DNA from: Escherichia phage BAU.Micro_ELP-22 | Sequence record: OR699282.2 | Reading direction: 5' to 3' (one strand) | DNA: 64,000 bases | Part shown: positions 51,978 to 61,291 of the stretch, in pieces | Numbering within the stretch: position 1 is the stretch's first letter | How the letters are laid out: every line of letters begins with the position of its first letter | Made by a program: the position numbers and the translations under genes | Notes under the pieces: model-generated | Told to the model about the DNA's origin: nothing | What the model saw: only the letters and a program-made list of their open reading frames with translations | Databases searched by the model: none

Positions 51978-52529
51978 ATGAACTACAATCATGATCTTTT
52001 TACATTATGTGCATCCAAATGTGTTGAAGGATGGGCAGATAAAATCAATACCATAATTCATCGATATCTCGTCTTTAGTTCCCGTGCACGAAGTGAGGGG
52101 GCTATGGATTTCAAATATACACTATCTATTGATGGTGTAACTATCCATGCAGACGAAGAACGTCTGAACATTAATTTGTATGATTCCTGTGTATTTGCTA
52201 TTCACCAAAAGATGGGGAAAGGATGGGGTTGTAATAACATTAACTCCAAAGCTATCTTTTGGGTTGGTCACCATCAGACAGTACTTGATCCTTCAATCAA
52301 ATCTAATCTTTTATCCGATAATATGGTTTATGATTTATTGTACTCCGAAGAACAACATTTTCAGTTAAGTACATTACATGATCTGGCACAGTACGAGGAT
52401 TGTTACAAAACATTAGAACTATGCCATTCCCTTGAACTTAAAGATAAATTGATACAAGTTTACCCTTCATTCTTTCATGAAGAAGTACAAAGTACACTAG
52501 ATCATATTTTATATGGATACGATAAATGA
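51978..52529 (+). CDS. F2 paralog (183 aa)
   Basis: SD AAGGAG; EEQHFQLSTLHD core. Confidence 0.6.
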   Translation: MNYNHDLFTLCASKCVEGWADKINTIIHRYLVFSSRARSEGAMDFKYTLSIDGVTIHADEERLNINLYDSCVFAIHQKMGKGWGCNNINSKAIFWVGHHQTVLDPSIKSNLLSDNMVYDLLYSEEQHFQLSTLHDLAQYEDCYKTLELCHSLELKDKLIQVYPSFFHEEVQSTLDHILYGYDK

Positions 52530-53128
52530 GAAAAAGTTATCAAGAAGCTATTGACTTAATTCGTGAAGTTATCAAGGTGGCTCCTGCTGCTATTGAGTTC
52601 AAGAAGTCCATATACAAGAAGTATGGTTCAATGTCGAGTATGTGCTTTCAAAAGAAACGTAGAGCATTCACTACCCAGTACTGGAATGATTCTATCATCC
52701 TGAGCAATGAGACTCAGCGTATTTTAACACTAGAATCTGAACCTAATGAGTACGGGGAAGGGAACATTTGTGTACCTGATTATGATGAAATTAACTTCAA
52801 CTGCGGTGATTTTGAAACAACATTATTACTTCATGAGGGTTATCCAGAAGGTGATGTATTAGCTGAGTACAATCCAAAAACTAAAATTCTCAAAAGAGGA
52901 ATCCAGTTCACTATTAATAACAAAGATGATGTTCAAGCAGCACTGATGCAACTGAGTACAAGTGAACCTATCACTATTAGTGTAGAAGAGTTATGGGGAA
53001 TTATTTCAGTACTCAATGAGTGCTACAAAGTAAAATCATTGCGTAAACACAGCATTATATTACATACCAATATGGCAAATATAAAATGTAAGCACATTCA
53101 AGAAATGGTGGTTCCAGATGGACTTTAA
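52526..53128 (+). CDS. F2-like paralog (200 aa)
   Basis: ATGA overlap; variant AALMQLSTSEP. Confidence 0.5.
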   Translation: MRKSYQEAIDLIREVIKVAPAAIEFKKSIYKKYGSMSSMCFQKKRRAFTTQYWNDSIILSNETQRILTLESEPNEYGEGNICVPDYDEINFNCGDFETTLLLHEGYPEGDVLAEYNPKTKILKRGIQFTINNKDDVQAALMQLSTSEPITISVEELWGIISVLNECYKVKSLRKHSIILHTNMANIKCKHIQEMVVPDGL

Positions 53129-53702
53129 AGAAATTGAAAGTAAATTAAAGTACTTCAAAGATATCAAACTTCTTTGGAAAAAGTATAAAGTTGATTACAA
53201 TTTCAGTGATGATGAGACAATAAAATACATTGAGATTAATATCAAAATCAAGTTCAAGAATAATAATTATGGTGAAGTAACCTTAAATCATACTGGTATA
53301 TCACTCAAGGACTATGATGGTACAACACTCGCATATTTTGACTTCACACCAGAACCAGGTGAAACACTACTTAGTGAGATAAATTCCTATGACATGGAAG
53401 TGTTCGGCGGGAATCCGTTACTGTTCCGACTTTCTGAAGAGTGGAGTGAAGAGTACTACACTTACAAAGATGGTGTAGTACTTGACATTCATGGAGAAGT
53501 TGTGAATGACTTGGAAGAACGTTTGTTCCAAGAATTGTGTGTTTCAAATACTTCATATGCATACAATCATATCCTTGACATGTTTGATTTATATAGTAAA
53601 ATAGATGCTGAAATGAAGGCACATGGTATTCATTACCTTACAATTAACGACTATGCTCAACTCGAAACCGCTGTGAAAGCATTGACTAAAGTACTGAAAT
53701 AG
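53118..53702 (+). CDS. F2 paralog (194 aa)
   Basis: EERLFQELCVSN core. Confidence 0.55.
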   Translation: MDFKEIESKLKYFKDIKLLWKKYKVDYNFSDDETIKYIEINIKIKFKNNNYGEVTLNHTGISLKDYDGTTLAYFDFTPEPGETLLSEINSYDMEVFGGNPLLFRLSEEWSEEYYTYKDGVVLDIHGEVVNDLEERLFQELCVSNTSYAYNHILDMFDLYSKIDAEMKAHGIHYLTINDYAQLETAVKALTKVLK

Positions 53703-53711
53703 GAATGAAAT

Positions 53712-54125
53712 ATGAAACTGTATCATGCGAGTACTGTAAAAATTGATAACTTTTATATCCCGTATGGTGGTCTTCATATGGGAGGTAAACACAGTGCTTT
53801 GGAAGCTGCATTACGCAAGCTGAGAAGCCCACTGAACGTAGTAGACGCATGTACAGTATACTTGCATACCTTAGAAGTTGATGTTGATAACGTGCTTCTG
53901 TGTGAAGATTTAGGCAGTGATGATGAGTGGCGTTCACTTATTGAGAATTGCACTGCTCAAGGTTATGATGCTGTTCAGTACAAAAATGATTACGAGCCAG
54001 ACAATGTTCCTAGCTTTATGATTTGGGATGCATCTAAAGTTCGCATCATTGAAGTTGATGCTATGCATATGGATGAAGCTGAAATGATTATCGAAGATTT
54101 TCTTGATGAATATGAAGGTGTATAA
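53712..54125 (+). CDS. hypothetical protein (137 aa), not a family member
   Basis: ATG 53712 with SD AGGAA; no F1/F2 core; acidic C-terminus. Confidence 0.55.
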   Translation: MKLYHASTVKIDNFYIPYGGLHMGGKHSALEAALRKLRSPLNVVDACTVYLHTLEVDVDNVLLCEDLGSDDEWRSLIENCTAQGYDAVQYKNDYEPDNVPSFMIWDASKVRIIEVDAMHMDEAEMIIEDFLDEYEGV

Positions 54126-54661
54126 TGACTGACCCGATGGTAGCACTGGCACGTACTAAGTTACTATTAAAGATTGGTGAGATTTTTACGGTTCTTCTGT
54201 CCAATAATATTGATATTACTGAGCTAGATATTAAGCAACCGTGGGAAGTGACTATGTTCTCGGCGTTCCACCGATTGTCATATAAAGGTGAAAGTGTTCT
54301 TGATTTTAACCCTAAAGCAAAATTCATAGATTATGCTGCGTTGTACAGAGAGTTGCACCGAAATATTTATTCCGGTTGTATAACCAATAACTTCAAAGAA
54401 ATTAAAGTTCAAACTGCATCACATGAGTTCAATGATTTACTTTATCCAGAATTTAATCTAACGGAAGAATTACTCTTTCAGTACTCGTTAATTCTCACAA
54501 ATCTCGAAACGCTAGAGTACTACAAAGAGTTAGTAGATATTTTTATGAATACACGTCTTTCAAAAGATATTGTGATATTCTGGTATACAGAGCATGTTAC
54601 GGAGGAATTGCTTACTGAATTTCTTCTAAATATGACAGCTATAAAGGAGAAGTTATGTTAG
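54125..54661 (+). CDS. F2 paralog (178 aa)
   Basis: TEELLFQYSLIL core. Confidence 0.6.
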   Translation: MTDPMVALARTKLLLKIGEIFTVLLSNNIDITELDIKQPWEVTMFSAFHRLSYKGESVLDFNPKAKFIDYAALYRELHRNIYSGCITNNFKEIKVQTASHEFNDLLYPEFNLTEELLFQYSLILTNLETLEYYKELVDIFMNTRLSKDIVIFWYTEHVTEELLTEFLLNMTAIKEKLC

Positions 54662-55128
54662 ATATTTTAGGAAACATCGACACTGCAAATTATTTTATTC
54701 AAGATGCATTGTTTAATACAGTACAACAAGGTTTAGAAGTTCACCACAATGTTTATCAGGGTGATGGATATTTTGTTGATATTATCGAGACACGTAAAAA
54801 TACATTTAATGTTAACATTACGACGCTTGGAAGACAGAACATTGCACGAATTTTAGTAAGTAAAGATGAAATAGTACTGAGATACAGTGCTAAGTTTATG
54901 TTGACTTATAAGAAAAAAACTGATATGTTCAGTACTAATTTATTTGATGAGCCATTTGACCTTGAAGATATTGAAGCTACTTTCTTTACTCAAAGTACTA
55001 TGGTAAAATACACTGATGTTCAATTTTCTGCTGATGTAATGTCGGAAACATTACAAATGATCAAGGTATTATTTTATGCATTTGAGCAATTTAGAGAAGA
55101 AAGAAACAAGGTTAACAACCACAGATGA
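54655..55128 (+). CDS. F2-like paralog (157 aa)
   Basis: Variant core EATFFTQSTMV. Confidence 0.5.
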   Translation: MLDILGNIDTANYFIQDALFNTVQQGLEVHHNVYQGDGYFVDIIETRKNTFNVNITTLGRQNIARILVSKDEIVLRYSAKFMLTYKKKTDMFSTNLFDEPFDLEDIEATFFTQSTMVKYTDVQFSADVMSETLQMIKVLFYAFEQFREERNKVNNHR

Positions 55129-55489
55129 ACTAATAGAGGCGATCACTAAGGAGTCAAAATACCACAAAGGGATTCGTCTATATTTTATAGATATTGGTTC
55201 AATGGAAGGCATATACATTTATGGTTCACAATCTTTATCTTATGATGTAATGCCAAAAAAACATGTAAAAATCTTTTTAGGTTCAGATAAAAAAACTTTC
55301 TTGACAATTAATGATAAAAACGTTATTATGAATTCGTTGGGTCATGATAAGGTGGAAATTGATCTAAACACACTGGAGGATATTGATTTTTTTCAATACG
55401 AGTGTTTAGGTGTTGACTTACATGGCATTAGTAGCGATATGATAAAATCATTAATCAAATATTTCGAAGGTGTTCATAAATGTATCTAA
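55076..55489 (+). CDS. F2-like paralog (137 aa; start uncertain)
   Basis: Variant core DIDFFQYECLG. Confidence 0.5.
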   Translation: MHLSNLEKKETRLTTTDELIEAITKESKYHKGIRLYFIDIGSMEGIYIYGSQSLSYDVMPKKHVKIFLGSDKKTFLTINDKNVIMNSLGHDKVEIDLNTLEDIDFFQYECLGVDLHGISSDMIKSLIKYFEGVHKCI

Positions 55490-55977
55490 CTAAATCAATG
55501 AAAAATTCATTTGATAAAATCAAGAGTTGTCTTGATGGGGAAAATATTACAAGTGTTACACAAACTGCTGACCAAATTCAAAGCAGTTCAAGTGATTGTA
55601 CTGTTATTTTAGGTTTACATAGTCTACGTTTATCAATAGTAAATAATATTGACAACACTGCTATTGTAATCACACCATGCCATATTCAAAATGAGAATGG
55701 TGTATATCTTCATCACATGGGAACAGTATTTCATATTTTCAATACAAACGAAAACATTGTTAAGGAATACAAATCTCTTAATATTGATTCAGGTGAATTA
55801 TTTCAAATGAGTACTTTGTACTCATGTAATTTTACAGATACTTCATGTATTTTGCCATTTTTCTTGGAAATTATTAAGAAAATGGAAAATTTAAAACGTG
55901 AATACAATAAAGAAATGGTTCCTGAAGCTATATTAAATATTACTAATGCTATAGAGAAGTATAATGCAGTGACTTAA
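55480..55977 (+). CDS. F2 paralog (165 aa)
   Basis: SGELFQMSTLYS core; last member before array ends. Confidence 0.6.
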   Translation: MYLTKSMKNSFDKIKSCLDGENITSVTQTADQIQSSSSDCTVILGLHSLRLSIVNNIDNTAIVITPCHIQNENGVYLHHMGTVFHIFNTNENIVKEYKSLNIDSGELFQMSTLYSCNFTDTSCILPFFLEIIKKMENLKREYNKEMVPEAILNITNAIEKYNAVT

Positions 55978-56019
55978 TAAAAACGCACATGGAGTGCATT
56001 AGAAGATCAAGGATAGATC

Positions 56020-56493
56020 ATGGAGATTAAAACTGTTGAAAATGGGAAAATTGATGACATTTTAGAGTTGGACGCATTCAAAGTTCATGATATAATGTTT
56101 AATGTGAAGGACATTATTCAATGTCTATTTTTGTGTAGCAAGACAATGCATGATTTTTTTCACAACCCAAATACTAACGTTTTTATACTAACAATCAGTA
56201 CTGAAAACTCGTTTATCATGGGTATGCCTATGAGTACAAATGAACAATATATTGATTGTGTTATTCGTAATAACGATAGTATTACGCCACAATCTGAAGT
56301 ACGTAAAAAGAAAAACACCTACACAATCAAAGATGATAAAATTATGATGTGCTGTAGTAAAGGGTTTATATTAGATAATTTTATCATCAAAGACAGTTAT
56401 CACGACTTTAAAGTGTCTGAAAATCAATCCAATGTAGTTCTTTATGCGAGTGACATAGAAAGTCTAACAGTTAAAGATCCCAGTTTGGAGTAA
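56020..56493 (+). CDS. hypothetical protein (157 aa)
   Basis: ATG 56020, SD-like AAGGA; no family core. Confidence 0.6.
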   Translation: MEIKTVENGKIDDILELDAFKVHDIMFNVKDIIQCLFLCSKTMHDFFHNPNTNVFILTISTENSFIMGMPMSTNEQYIDCVIRNNDSITPQSEVRKKKNTYTIKDDKIMMCCSKGFILDNFIIKDSYHDFKVSENQSNVVLYASDIESLTVKDPSLE

Positions 56494-56495
56494 GT

Positions 56496-56627
56496 ATGGC
56501 TAAGAAAGTAAACAATTTCGTACAGAAACACATGAATGAGTTTAACAAGCCTCAGACACATGTTGATCGTAAGAAAGAAATGAAAAATGGTAAAGTAAAA
56601 CACAAGTCGAGATTTATTCTCGACTAA
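56496..56627 (+). CDS. small basic protein (43 aa), not in ORF track
   Basis: ATG 56496 with SD GGAG at 5 nt; Lys-rich. Confidence 0.45.
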   Translation: MAKKVNNFVQKHMNEFNKPQTHVDRKKEMKNGKVKHKSRFILD

Positions 56628-56656
56628 TTTTTTGTCTAAATTTATGGAGATTTTAT

Positions 56657-57508
56657 ATGTTAGATAGCACTGACTTTCGCAATTTCAAAAAGTATTCAGT
56701 TCTTGAACATATAAACGAATTTCTAAATTCTACTACACCATTTGGCATCAGTGCGTTCGACTCATACGATGGGTATAGAATCTTCTCATGCAATGACTTT
56801 CAAATTTCCGTCAAAAAAGGTTTTACAAAAGAAGTTGCAATTCGTGATGTAGTACTGTATAGCGATTCTTCCATTTCTTACTGTCATGATGCGAACAATT
56901 TTGAATCTCTTTCAACACCTAATTGTTCATACTACAAATCCCATGACACGATGATGTACAAAGAACAACATATCAATGGTGTTTCGTTCTATAAAACGAA
57001 CAGTGATAAGTCATATACATCGAGAGATGATTTTGGAAAGTACACATGTACTATGCACGCGGATAATGAAAAAACAAGCTACACACATTCATTCGAGTCC
57101 AAATTCAAAGAGAGTGACTTTTCAAATATCACTATTCAAGAACAAGTTACAGAAGAAGGTGTTGTATATCGTAGTACTGCATTCTTTCGCATGAAAGATA
57201 TTGTCACTGGTAGACCAATGATGTACAATATTGACATATATATGAAAGGTGATATATCCGAAGTAGTGATTAGTACTGGTTATCGTGAAAAATATACAGT
57301 TACGATGGAATCACCAGATGCATCACTAGTTCACCTCTTTAACAATTTATACACATTCCAATTCGAACTTAGTTTCGAACCCAATGAATATCAAATATTC
57401 GATGTATTAAAAAGTAATATTATTAATAAGTTAGAATATTACTACAAGTTAGGTGGGAAAATGAGCATAGTTAATACTATGTTACATAACATAAAAGAAA
57501 CATTATAA
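56657..57508 (+). CDS. hypothetical protein (283 aa)
   Basis: ATG 56657, SD GGAG; Ser/Thr/Tyr-rich. Confidence 0.65.
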   Translation: MLDSTDFRNFKKYSVLEHINEFLNSTTPFGISAFDSYDGYRIFSCNDFQISVKKGFTKEVAIRDVVLYSDSSISYCHDANNFESLSTPNCSYYKSHDTMMYKEQHINGVSFYKTNSDKSYTSRDDFGKYTCTMHADNEKTSYTHSFESKFKESDFSNITIQEQVTEEGVVYRSTAFFRMKDIVTGRPMMYNIDIYMKGDISEVVISTGYREKYTVTMESPDASLVHLFNNLYTFQFELSFEPNEYQIFDVLKSNIINKLEYYYKLGGKMSIVNTMLHNIKETL

Positions 57509-57523
57509 ATTGGAGGATTTGGG

Positions 57524-57817
57524 ATGGATACTAAATTCAAAGTTATATTTAAAACTAAGCCGTATATTCCGCATACAGCAGAACGTTTTATACCACATGG
57601 TGCAGAGGAAATTATTCACCATGATGGTACAAAGTTATATCTAGTGCCATGTTCATATGAACGTGCAGTAGAAATGTTACTCATGAATTCTAAATTATGT
57701 ACAAACAAGTACATTAGCTACTTATACAATGAACATATTTTAGATTTTAATGATGAAAATATGTTTATTCTAGCAATTGAAGATTTTAATAATTGGTACA
57801 ACATTATTAAAATCTGA
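57524..57817 (+). CDS. hypothetical protein (97 aa)
   Basis: ATG 57524, SD GGAGGA. Confidence 0.65.
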   Translation: MDTKFKVIFKTKPYIPHTAERFIPHGAEEIIHHDGTKLYLVPCSYERAVEMLLMNSKLCTNKYISYLYNEHILDFNDENMFILAIEDFNNWYNIIKI

Positions 57818-57825
57818 TAAAAATA

Positions 57826-57863
57826 TTGTGAACATATTAAATCTTTATGATATAATGTTCACA
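57826..57863 (+). promoter_or_regulatory. Promoter overlapped by 9-bp inverted repeat (candidate operator)
   Basis: TGTGAACAT 57827-57835 and ATGTTCACA 57855-57863 flank/overlap TATAAT 57851-57856. Confidence 0.5.
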
Positions 57864-57887
57864 TCTTTTTTGATAATGGAGATATAG

Positions 57888-58274
57888 ATGAATACAAGTT
57901 CAATCCTAAAAGCAATTGGTGGTGTTTTACTTATTGAAGTGAAAGGTGAACCAAAACTATGCTGTTTGGAAGATATGAAGAATACAAAACACTTCAGTAC
58001 TGGTCAGATTTTTAATGCCATTCGTGTTCTAAATGATAAATCAATCGCTGATTATGGTAAAGTTTGGCCTGTATATCAAAACGCAGAGGGTGATATCAGT
58101 TCTGACTGGAAAACCATCGAAGCAGTTCGACAAAGTTGCGATAGTGACTGGGACTTTATTGTCGAAGTATGTGATCAACTACAAGAAGATGTTCCAGAAA
58201 TTGTCGAACGAAAAGAAGTCCTAGCACGACTTGAAAAATTCCGTCACGGAACACTACAGTATGACACAATCTAA
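57888..58274 (+). CDS. hypothetical protein (128 aa)
   Basis: ATG 57888, SD GGAG. Confidence 0.65.
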   Translation: MNTSSILKAIGGVLLIEVKGEPKLCCLEDMKNTKHFSTGQIFNAIRVLNDKSIADYGKVWPVYQNAEGDISSDWKTIEAVRQSCDSDWDFIVEVCDQLQEDVPEIVERKEVLARLEKFRHGTLQYDTI

Positions 58275-58323
58275 TCTGCTTATTAAAAATATCTAATTAA
58301 CATTATATAAAAGGAATTTAAAA

Positions 58324-58629
58324 ATGGAAGACAATGGAATGAAATTTGATATGTTTGAAGGTGTACCAGAGTTCGATTTCAATAAACTTGAAAATGGTGA
58401 AGAATCAGAACTAGTAAGTGTTACACTAAAATCAGATACCAAAAAGAAATATTCCCCATCAGTTCGTTCACGTTCTCAAGAAGAATATGAAACCTTCATT
58501 GAGAGTATTCATTACGAAACGTTCCATCATGCAGATGGTACTCCGTATGAAGTTCGTGTTACAGTACTGAAGCCTGAAGTAAACCCAATGGAAAATCTAC
58601 GTCCTGTTTACTGCTGGGCAAGCCACTAA
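58324..58629 (+). CDS. hypothetical protein (101 aa)
   Basis: ATG 58324, SD AAGGAA; followed by strong terminator. Confidence 0.65.
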   Translation: MEDNGMKFDMFEGVPEFDFNKLENGEESELVSVTLKSDTKKKYSPSVRSRSQEEYETFIESIHYETFHHADGTPYEVRVTVLKPEVNPMENLRPVYCWASH

Positions 58630-58639
58630 TAAACCAAAG

Positions 58640-58669
58640 GACGGGATATAATATCTCGTCTTTTTTTTT
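58640..58669 (+). terminator. Rho-independent terminator
   Basis: GACGGGATAT..ATATCTCGTC stem then nine T. Confidence 0.8.
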
Positions 58670-58681
58670 GTCTGGAGATAT

Positions 58682-59530
58682 ATGAAACTTTATCTAATCG
58701 TTGACTACAGTAAGGGTTATTATGACTACGCAGAAGAATCTGAAGGGTATTGCTCGTCTACTAATGTCAATGTACGCACCAGTAGTACACATGAGCATGA
58801 ATCTATTACAAACCTAAAAGATTTCATCGCATATCGAGCATTTGAAAAGAATTTCTGTCGTAGTAGATATTCGAAGTTTGAGTACCCGTTAATTGATGTT
58901 CCTGATGAATTGATGTTCCAGTTAATGCTCACTGGAGTACAAGATTATGATTACATCGCGTACAATCACATTACTAAGAAAATTTATATCGGTACGTCAA
59001 CACATGACATTTCTATGTATGCATCATGCCCCGATGATCGAATGAATGATAGAAAATCATACTATAGTGGATCAGTTGGTTCAAATGATTCATTAAATAA
59101 AAATTTATTCTTTGAGTACGAGTTTGATAATCATCGAGGGAAAAAAGACCGAGAAGATTATTGTACTGAAATTGATAGTACCAATGGATATGAAGAAGTG
59201 AAAGAAGCGATAATGCCATATATCCTTGACAAGTACTACAAAGATTTTCAGTACTGTAGTAATTTTCTAATCCGAAATTCTATCATAATCGGTCGTCAAA
59301 GTACTGCATTCTCTAAGTACTACAATGATTCCCCTGTTGCTGAAAATGAAAACTGTAATATTCTCTCAATCCCACGTGAAGATATGGTATTCATGTTCAC
59401 ATCTTTCATTGAAGATGATGAGTTGTATGTAAAAAACAAGCACAGGTTCATGCCAAGTAAGATTGAGGTTATGAGAAGCTTAAGTGCAGATATCTTAACT
59501 AATTTCACTGAAAAAACAGAATACAACTGA
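58682..59530 (+). CDS. hypothetical protein (282 aa)
   Basis: ATG 58682, SD GGAGA. Confidence 0.65.
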   Translation: MKLYLIVDYSKGYYDYAEESEGYCSSTNVNVRTSSTHEHESITNLKDFIAYRAFEKNFCRSRYSKFEYPLIDVPDELMFQLMLTGVQDYDYIAYNHITKKIYIGTSTHDISMYASCPDDRMNDRKSYYSGSVGSNDSLNKNLFFEYEFDNHRGKKDREDYCTEIDSTNGYEEVKEAIMPYILDKYYKDFQYCSNFLIRNSIIIGRQSTAFSKYYNDSPVAENENCNILSIPREDMVFMFTSFIEDDELYVKNKHRFMPSKIEVMRSLSADILTNFTEKTEYN

Positions 59531-59560
59531 GACATACCATAAGTTTATGATATAATGTAA

Positions 59561-59594
59561 GGTGACAGCAGAATATGTTGTCGCCTTTTTTTTT
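59561..59594 (+). terminator. Rho-independent terminator
   Basis: GGTGACAGC-AGAATAT-GTTGTCGCC (G-U tolerant) then nine T. Confidence 0.7.
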
Positions 59595-60132
59595 AATCCT
59601 GAAAGGTTCCATATGGAAATGATTAAAGCCTAATCCACTCGAAAAGTAGAGGGTAGATGAGTAGTCCTTTCAGTACGAACAGCAAATGAAACCCGTTAGA
59701 TGATGGCATAGTTTGAACCACTCACGGCAATGCGGCTGTATAAAGAACTCCAATAGGATAAAGAGAGTTCCTCGATAGACATATAAGGATCGCACCTTAC
59801 CAATTATCTAAGGGAGATTTCATGAGAAATTTGCGGTCGTAATTTATACAAAATAGTTGCGTCCAAAATTCGTGAAATCAAATACAAGTACTGGTCATAT
59901 GGTATTTGTATTATGTGTCGGGATGTTTAAGACCGACGACCGTTGCTACAAGAACCGCGATAGAGAGAAACAGAGCAACCCGCTTTCGTCTCGTAAGAGA
60001 ATTCGTGATATGAACTATGTGAAGGCCACCAGCGTCAAACTTTTTTGTTCTTTCCCCTGCGGGGGGATGAAATATGCTCAAGCAAACCCCGTCAATATTA
60101 ATTAAAAGAAAATAGTACTTGTAGAATTAGAC
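59595..60132. other. Non-coding island, GC-richer than flanks
   Basis: No ORF with RBS; contains hairpin TCCCCTGCGGGGGGA near 60052-60068; no tRNA-like T-loop seen. Confidence 0.45.
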
Positions 60133-60753
60133 ATGCGTAGCATGGTAATTCTACTGATGTTGATGGAATCAACGTCACGTATATTCATTGATGTTTCCAT
60201 AGGAATAATGATGGCATTTATTAGAAAACAAAAAACTTTTACCTATAAGACTTTGGATTTTGTTGATTGTGAAAACCAATTACAAGATGAAGATAACTTT
60301 ACAGGATTTGTTGTTATTAAAGAAAAAGGATGCATTTCGTATATAAAGGAATTACAGAACGGCATTGAAGTTACTTCAGTCAAATTACTTCCTACACAAA
60401 AACCAACAATATTAAAAGCACAGTATGGTAATTATTTCGAGGAAAGATATAGTAATAATTTAATAAGTGTTAAGGCTCATATTATAAAAGGAGAACTAGA
60501 AGGAGAATATAGAAAATACAACCCACAAGGAAAATGTGTTTGGGTTAAATACTTCAATTCAGGAAATGATGTAACATCTGAAATAATTGAGTTTTTAGGT
60601 TTAACATGTACCCCTGAAACTCTTCATGATTACAAATTTAATACTGAAGAAGAGTTTAATCTGATGATGCGTTATGGTTCACATTTTAAATTTTTATATG
60701 AATATAACATTGACAGTAGTACTTTTGATAAGATAGTACAGAACTGTCTCTAA
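60133..60753 (+). CDS. hypothetical protein (206 aa; alternative start ATG 60208 with SD AGGAA)
   Basis: Long ORF; possible MORN-like G..Y..NG repeats (weak). Confidence 0.55.
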   Translation: MRSMVILLMLMESTSRIFIDVSIGIMMAFIRKQKTFTYKTLDFVDCENQLQDEDNFTGFVVIKEKGCISYIKELQNGIEVTSVKLLPTQKPTILKAQYGNYFEERYSNNLISVKAHIIKGELEGEYRKYNPQGKCVWVKYFNSGNDVTSEIIEFLGLTCTPETLHDYKFNTEEEFNLMMRYGSHFKFLYEYNIDSSTFDKIVQNCL

Positions 60754-60769
60754 CAAAAGGAATTATATA

Positions 60770-61291
60770 ATGTCGAAGAAGGATGCTTCGAAAAAACATT
60801 CAGTACATTTTAGTACTGGTAAAGATAACTGGACAACTCCAAAAGATTTCTTTGAAGAGTTAGATGAGTTATGGGGATTTACGCTTGATGCTGCTTGTGT
60901 TGATGAGACTGCATTATGTGAGAATTATTTTACACCAAATGATGATTCTCTTTCACAGGATTGGGGAAAGAATATAGTTTGGTTGAACCCTCCATATAGT
61001 GATTTGAAAACATGGTTATCTAAAGCAGTAGATGCGTATAATAAAGGAGCAACTGTATTAATTCTTGTACCATCAAGAACGGATACTATAGCCTTTCAGG
61101 ATTATGCTGCGAAAGTTTGTGATTGTATTTGTTTTATTAAGGGAAGGTTACGATTTGGTATCCCAGAAGAACCAGAGAAGAAAACAGATTCAGCACCATT
61201 TCCTTCGTGTCTGATAGTACTGGATAAGTACTTAACCACTGCTAAAATCAATTATCTTAAATCTCTTGGATTGGTGATGAAGAATTTATGA
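60770..61291 (+). CDS. dam: DNA N6-adenine methyltransferase, phage Dam type (173 aa)
   Basis: FTLDAAC...VWLNPPYS: target-binding/catalytic NPPY motif and overall layout typical of small phage Dam methylases; SD AAGGAA. Confidence 0.8.
   Translation: MSKKDASKKHSVHFSTGKDNWTTPKDFFEELDELWGFTLDAACVDETALCENYFTPNDDSLSQDWGKNIVWLNPPYSDLKTWLSKAVDAYNKGATVLILVPSRTDTIAFQDYAAKVCDCICFIKGRLRFGIPEEPEKKTDSAPFPSCLIVLDKYLTTAKINYLKSLGLVMKNL

Noticed and set aside
28247-54327. Minus-strand and alternative-frame ORFs inside the arrays (e.g. 28247..28447, 31539..31721, 38167..38568, 53371..53937)
   Set aside because: Antisense to densely packed, coupled plus-strand genes; no RBS; typical AT-rich shadow ORFs.
21506-56000. 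CRISPR-like array
   Set aside because: Periodicity is from tandem protein-coding paralogs (units 200-600 bp, divergent), not from short identical direct repeats with unique spacers; hairpin repeats in the early region are promoter-associated and irregularly spaced.
59544-59558. TTTATGATATAATGT as an independent promoter
   Set aside because: A perfect -10 but no -35, and it is immediately followed by a terminator hairpin; more likely part of the terminator context than a functional promoter, though the 15-nt identity with 57844-57858 is noted.
59857-60105. Track ORF 59857..60105 (82 aa)
   Set aside because: No ATG/SD context, low-complexity product, sits in a GC-richer non-coding island.
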